Positions 62,196-64,000 of a stretch of DNA of 64,000 bases are shown in pieces. Below the pieces are notes generated by a model, which ran no database searches, was not told the origin of the DNA, and saw nothing but the letters and a program-made list of their open reading frames with translations. Position numbers and translations under genes: made by a program. The stretch's first letter is position 1. Each line of letters starts with the position of its first letter. Source of the DNA: an uncultured Pelagibacteraceae bacterium (lineage in GTDB: Bacteria > Pseudomonadota > Alphaproteobacteria > Pelagibacterales > Pelagibacteraceae); the NCBI GenBank assembly GCA_902570905.1, contig CACFZX010000001.1, positions 786 to 64,785 of the forward strand. The letters are read 5' to 3'.

Positions 62196-62415
62196 GATCT
62201 TTTACATTTTTAATTTTATCTAAGAAACCAGATAATTTTGCAGTTATATACATTACATAAACAATTGTTAGACCTAGGGCCATTGTTGCTAAAAATGTGT
62301 ATGCTGCTGTTAAGAATTGATTTCCAACCCAAGAATTAAAATCACCATTTGCGAAATATAAAACATTCCAGAAAATTACAAAAACCAATTCGTAAAATAT
62401 TATTATTTTAAACAT
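62170..62415 (-). CDS. Small two-TM hypothetical membrane protein
   Basis: Two hydrophobic segments; ATG at 62415 preferred. Confidence 0.6.
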   Translation of the reverse strand: MFKIIIFYELVFVIFWNVLYFANGDFNSWVGNQFLTAAYTFLATMALGLTIVYVMYITAKLSGFLDKIKNVKDPRKDVGNQ

Positions 62416-62437
62416 TGTGTCTACTCTATAACTATAC

Positions 62438-62773
62438 TTAAGATGTATTGCCAATCAAGTTAACAATCAACACACCTGCAATAATAAGAGCTAAACCAAT
62501 TATGGTATATAAATCAGGTATTTGTTTAAATTTATAAACCCCAACTAATGATGTGGCAACTATACACAGTCCTGCAAATGATGCATAAGTAATTCCTACT
62601 GGCAATGTTTTCATTACTAATGAAAGGGTATACATACATCCGACGATAGTGATTGCGGTTAGAATGCTAGGAACTAGAATAGTAAAACCCTGAGCACTCT
62701 TTGCGAAACCGTTTGAAGCTGTTCCTAATACGACAGCTAAGATTAAAATTAAATAAGCTGAATAATTACCCAT
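62438..62773 (-). CDS. SMR/DMT family four-TM transporter, atypical
   Basis: K...GFT, P.GI.YA, G..LI..GV pattern of EmrE; conserved Glu absent. Confidence 0.8.
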   Translation of the reverse strand: MGNYSAYLILILAVVLGTASNGFAKSAQGFTILVPSILTAITIVGCMYTLSLVMKTLPVGITYASFAGLCIVATSLVGVYKFKQIPDLYTIIGLALIIAGVLIVNLIGNTS

Positions 62774-63362
62774 TTTTTTTCGACCAAGTTATAGCATCTT
62801 CCATTCTATCATCTCCCCAGAAGATTTCACTATTAACTATGAACGATGGACTTCCAAATACTTTATGATCTCTTGCACTATTTGTATTTGACTCATATTG
62901 TTTTTCAATTTTCTCAGAATTTGCCTCTGAAACCACTGAATTTTTATCAATCTTAAGTTCAGAACATATTTCAGAAATATTTGGTTCAGTTGCTGGCTCT
63001 TTACCTTCTTGAAACCATCTTTTGTAGGTTAATCTAACATAGTCAATACCCCAACCTTCTTTTAATCCAAGAATTGCAAGTTTGTTTGCTAAATCAAATT
63101 CTGAAAGTGGGTAGGGTACTGGTGTTTTTGCAAAAAAACCATAACCCTCAGCACGTCTTTCAATATCTCTCCACATGTAATCAACTTTATTTTTTTTTTC
63201 TTTTGGGAATGGGATATTGTTCATTTCTTTCATAATTGCCCTGACACTAAAAGGTTTCCAATTAAACTTAACTCCATGTTTTTTTTCTACTTCTAAAATT
63301 CTAGTTATAGTTAAATAAGTGTAAGTACTTCCTATTGAAAAATAAAAATCTATGTTTGTCAT
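62766..63362 (-). CDS. 2-hydroxychromene-2-carboxylate isomerase / GST-kappa (DsbA-like)
   Basis: IDFYFS..S.Y.YL, Y..RD..R, VFGSPSF...E.FWGDDR; ATG 63362 gives an ATGA overlap with the upstream gene. Confidence 0.88.
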   Translation of the reverse strand: MTNIDFYFSIGSTYTYLTITRILEVEKKHGVKFNWKPFSVRAIMKEMNNIPFPKEKKNKVDYMWRDIERRAEGYGFFAKTPVPYPLSEFDLANKLAILGLKEGWGIDYVRLTYKRWFQEGKEPATEPNISEICSELKIDKNSVVSEANSEKIEKQYESNTNSARDHKVFGSPSFIVNSEIFWGDDRMEDAITWSKKNG

Positions 63363-63748
63363 TTTGAAACTATACATTTAGCGGTTATCTTATTACCATC
63401 AAGATCTCTAACATAACCATAGTAATTTCCATCAGATCTAATACCTGGCGCTCCCTCATCGATTGCTCCTAAATCTAAAGCGGTTTTATGAAATTTGTCC
63501 ACAACTTCATTTGTATTAGCCAATAAAGCAACCATAGTTCCGTTTCCAACAGAAGCAGGTTTTTTATCGTGAGGTTTAGTTATATAAAATTTAACTTCTT
63601 CTGGATCATCAGAATTGGAATATCCAACATATCTTTCTGTTGTGGTTACTTTTTTAAGTCCAAGAACTGCTAAAATTTTATCATAAAACGAAGTTGATTT
63701 TTCAAGATCATTAGTTCCAATCATCACAAAGCTTATAACTTTGCTCAT
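63359..63748 (-). CDS. VOC/glyoxalase family protein
   Basis: GTNDL..S..FYD, GNG.M, VD..H..AL..G..DEG.PG.R, Y.RD.DGNK. Confidence 0.9.
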   Translation of the reverse strand: MSKVISFVMIGTNDLEKSTSFYDKILAVLGLKKVTTTERYVGYSNSDDPEEVKFYITKPHDKKPASVGNGTMVALLANTNEVVDKFHKTALDLGAIDEGAPGIRSDGNYYGYVRDLDGNKITAKCIVSK

Positions 63749-64000
63749 ATACTTTCTTTTTTAATTTTTATTTTCAATTTTTCTATCATCATCAAAGGCG
63801 TTTCCATTGCAGGATATATCTTATGGGTTTCTATATAACTATCAATAGCCTTTTGATAATTTTCAAGCGCTGTTTGAACAAGACCTTGCCCTGATAATGC
63901 TCCAAAATGTCTTTTTTCTAAACTTAAAACTTTATCTATATCTTTTTGAGATTTTTCAAATTCACCCATTAAATATAAAACAGTAGCTCGCTTATTCCAT
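63745..64000 (-). CDS. Tetratricopeptide repeat protein, C-terminal part (truncated by window edge)
   Basis: Frame stays open upstream of ATG 63969 to the window edge: WNKRATVLYLMGEFEKSQKDIDKVLSLEKRHFGALSGQGLV, a typical TPR pair. Confidence 0.8.
   Translation of the reverse strand, partial: WNKRATVLYLMGEFEKSQKDIDKVLSLEKRHFGALSGQGLVQTALENYQKAIDSYIETHKIYPAMETPLMMIEKLKIKIKKESI

Noticed and set aside
63745-63969. 74-aa orphan protein
   Set aside because: Frame is open to the window edge and reads as a TPR protein C-terminus
1-64000. tRNA, rRNA, CRISPR array, integrase, transposase, prophage or defence genes
   Set aside because: Intergenic spaces are short and AT-rich; no cloverleaf, spaced repeat array or mobile-element protein motif was seen

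Overview
Very AT-rich, gene-dense chromosomal segment with overlapping genes and tiny intergenic spacers, typical of a streamlined marine alphaproteobacterium, most likely SAR11/Pelagibacterales (inferred from composition, gene order and glnA without glnB). About 1-32 kb is core genome: lptG/lptF, pepA, ndk, purN/purM, hda, aspS, an NrdJ C-terminal-domain-only gene, accCB-aroQ, thiSG, rne, PBP1A, prfB with a programmed +1 frameshift, an AsmA-like gene, tyrS, anmK, iscR-sufBCDSU-sufT-sufA with an IscR box, and glnA. About 35-49 kb is a cyclitol catabolic island (sugar ABC transporter, iolG, iolE, iolD). It lacks iolB, iolC, iolJ, iolA and iolR in this window, and instead carries an AraE/GabD-like aldehyde dehydrogenase, an HpcH aldolase, a D-2-hydroxyacid dehydrogenase, a second Gfo/Idh/MocA oxidoreductase, a ROK kinase and an FAH-family enzyme. 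This is the best candidate for an undescribed system: a possible non-canonical lower inositol pathway. About 49-64 kb holds ppc, ccdA, azoR, a BBOX/TauD-like dioxygenase, a HisN/IMPase, a Dpp-type ABC transporter coupled to a serine hydrolase, and small accessory genes. A cross-cutting pattern is the apparent loss of Cys-rich or structural zinc motifs in four unrelated proteins. No rRNA, tRNA, CRISPR array or mobile element was seen. All family calls come from motif recognition by eye, not from database searches.
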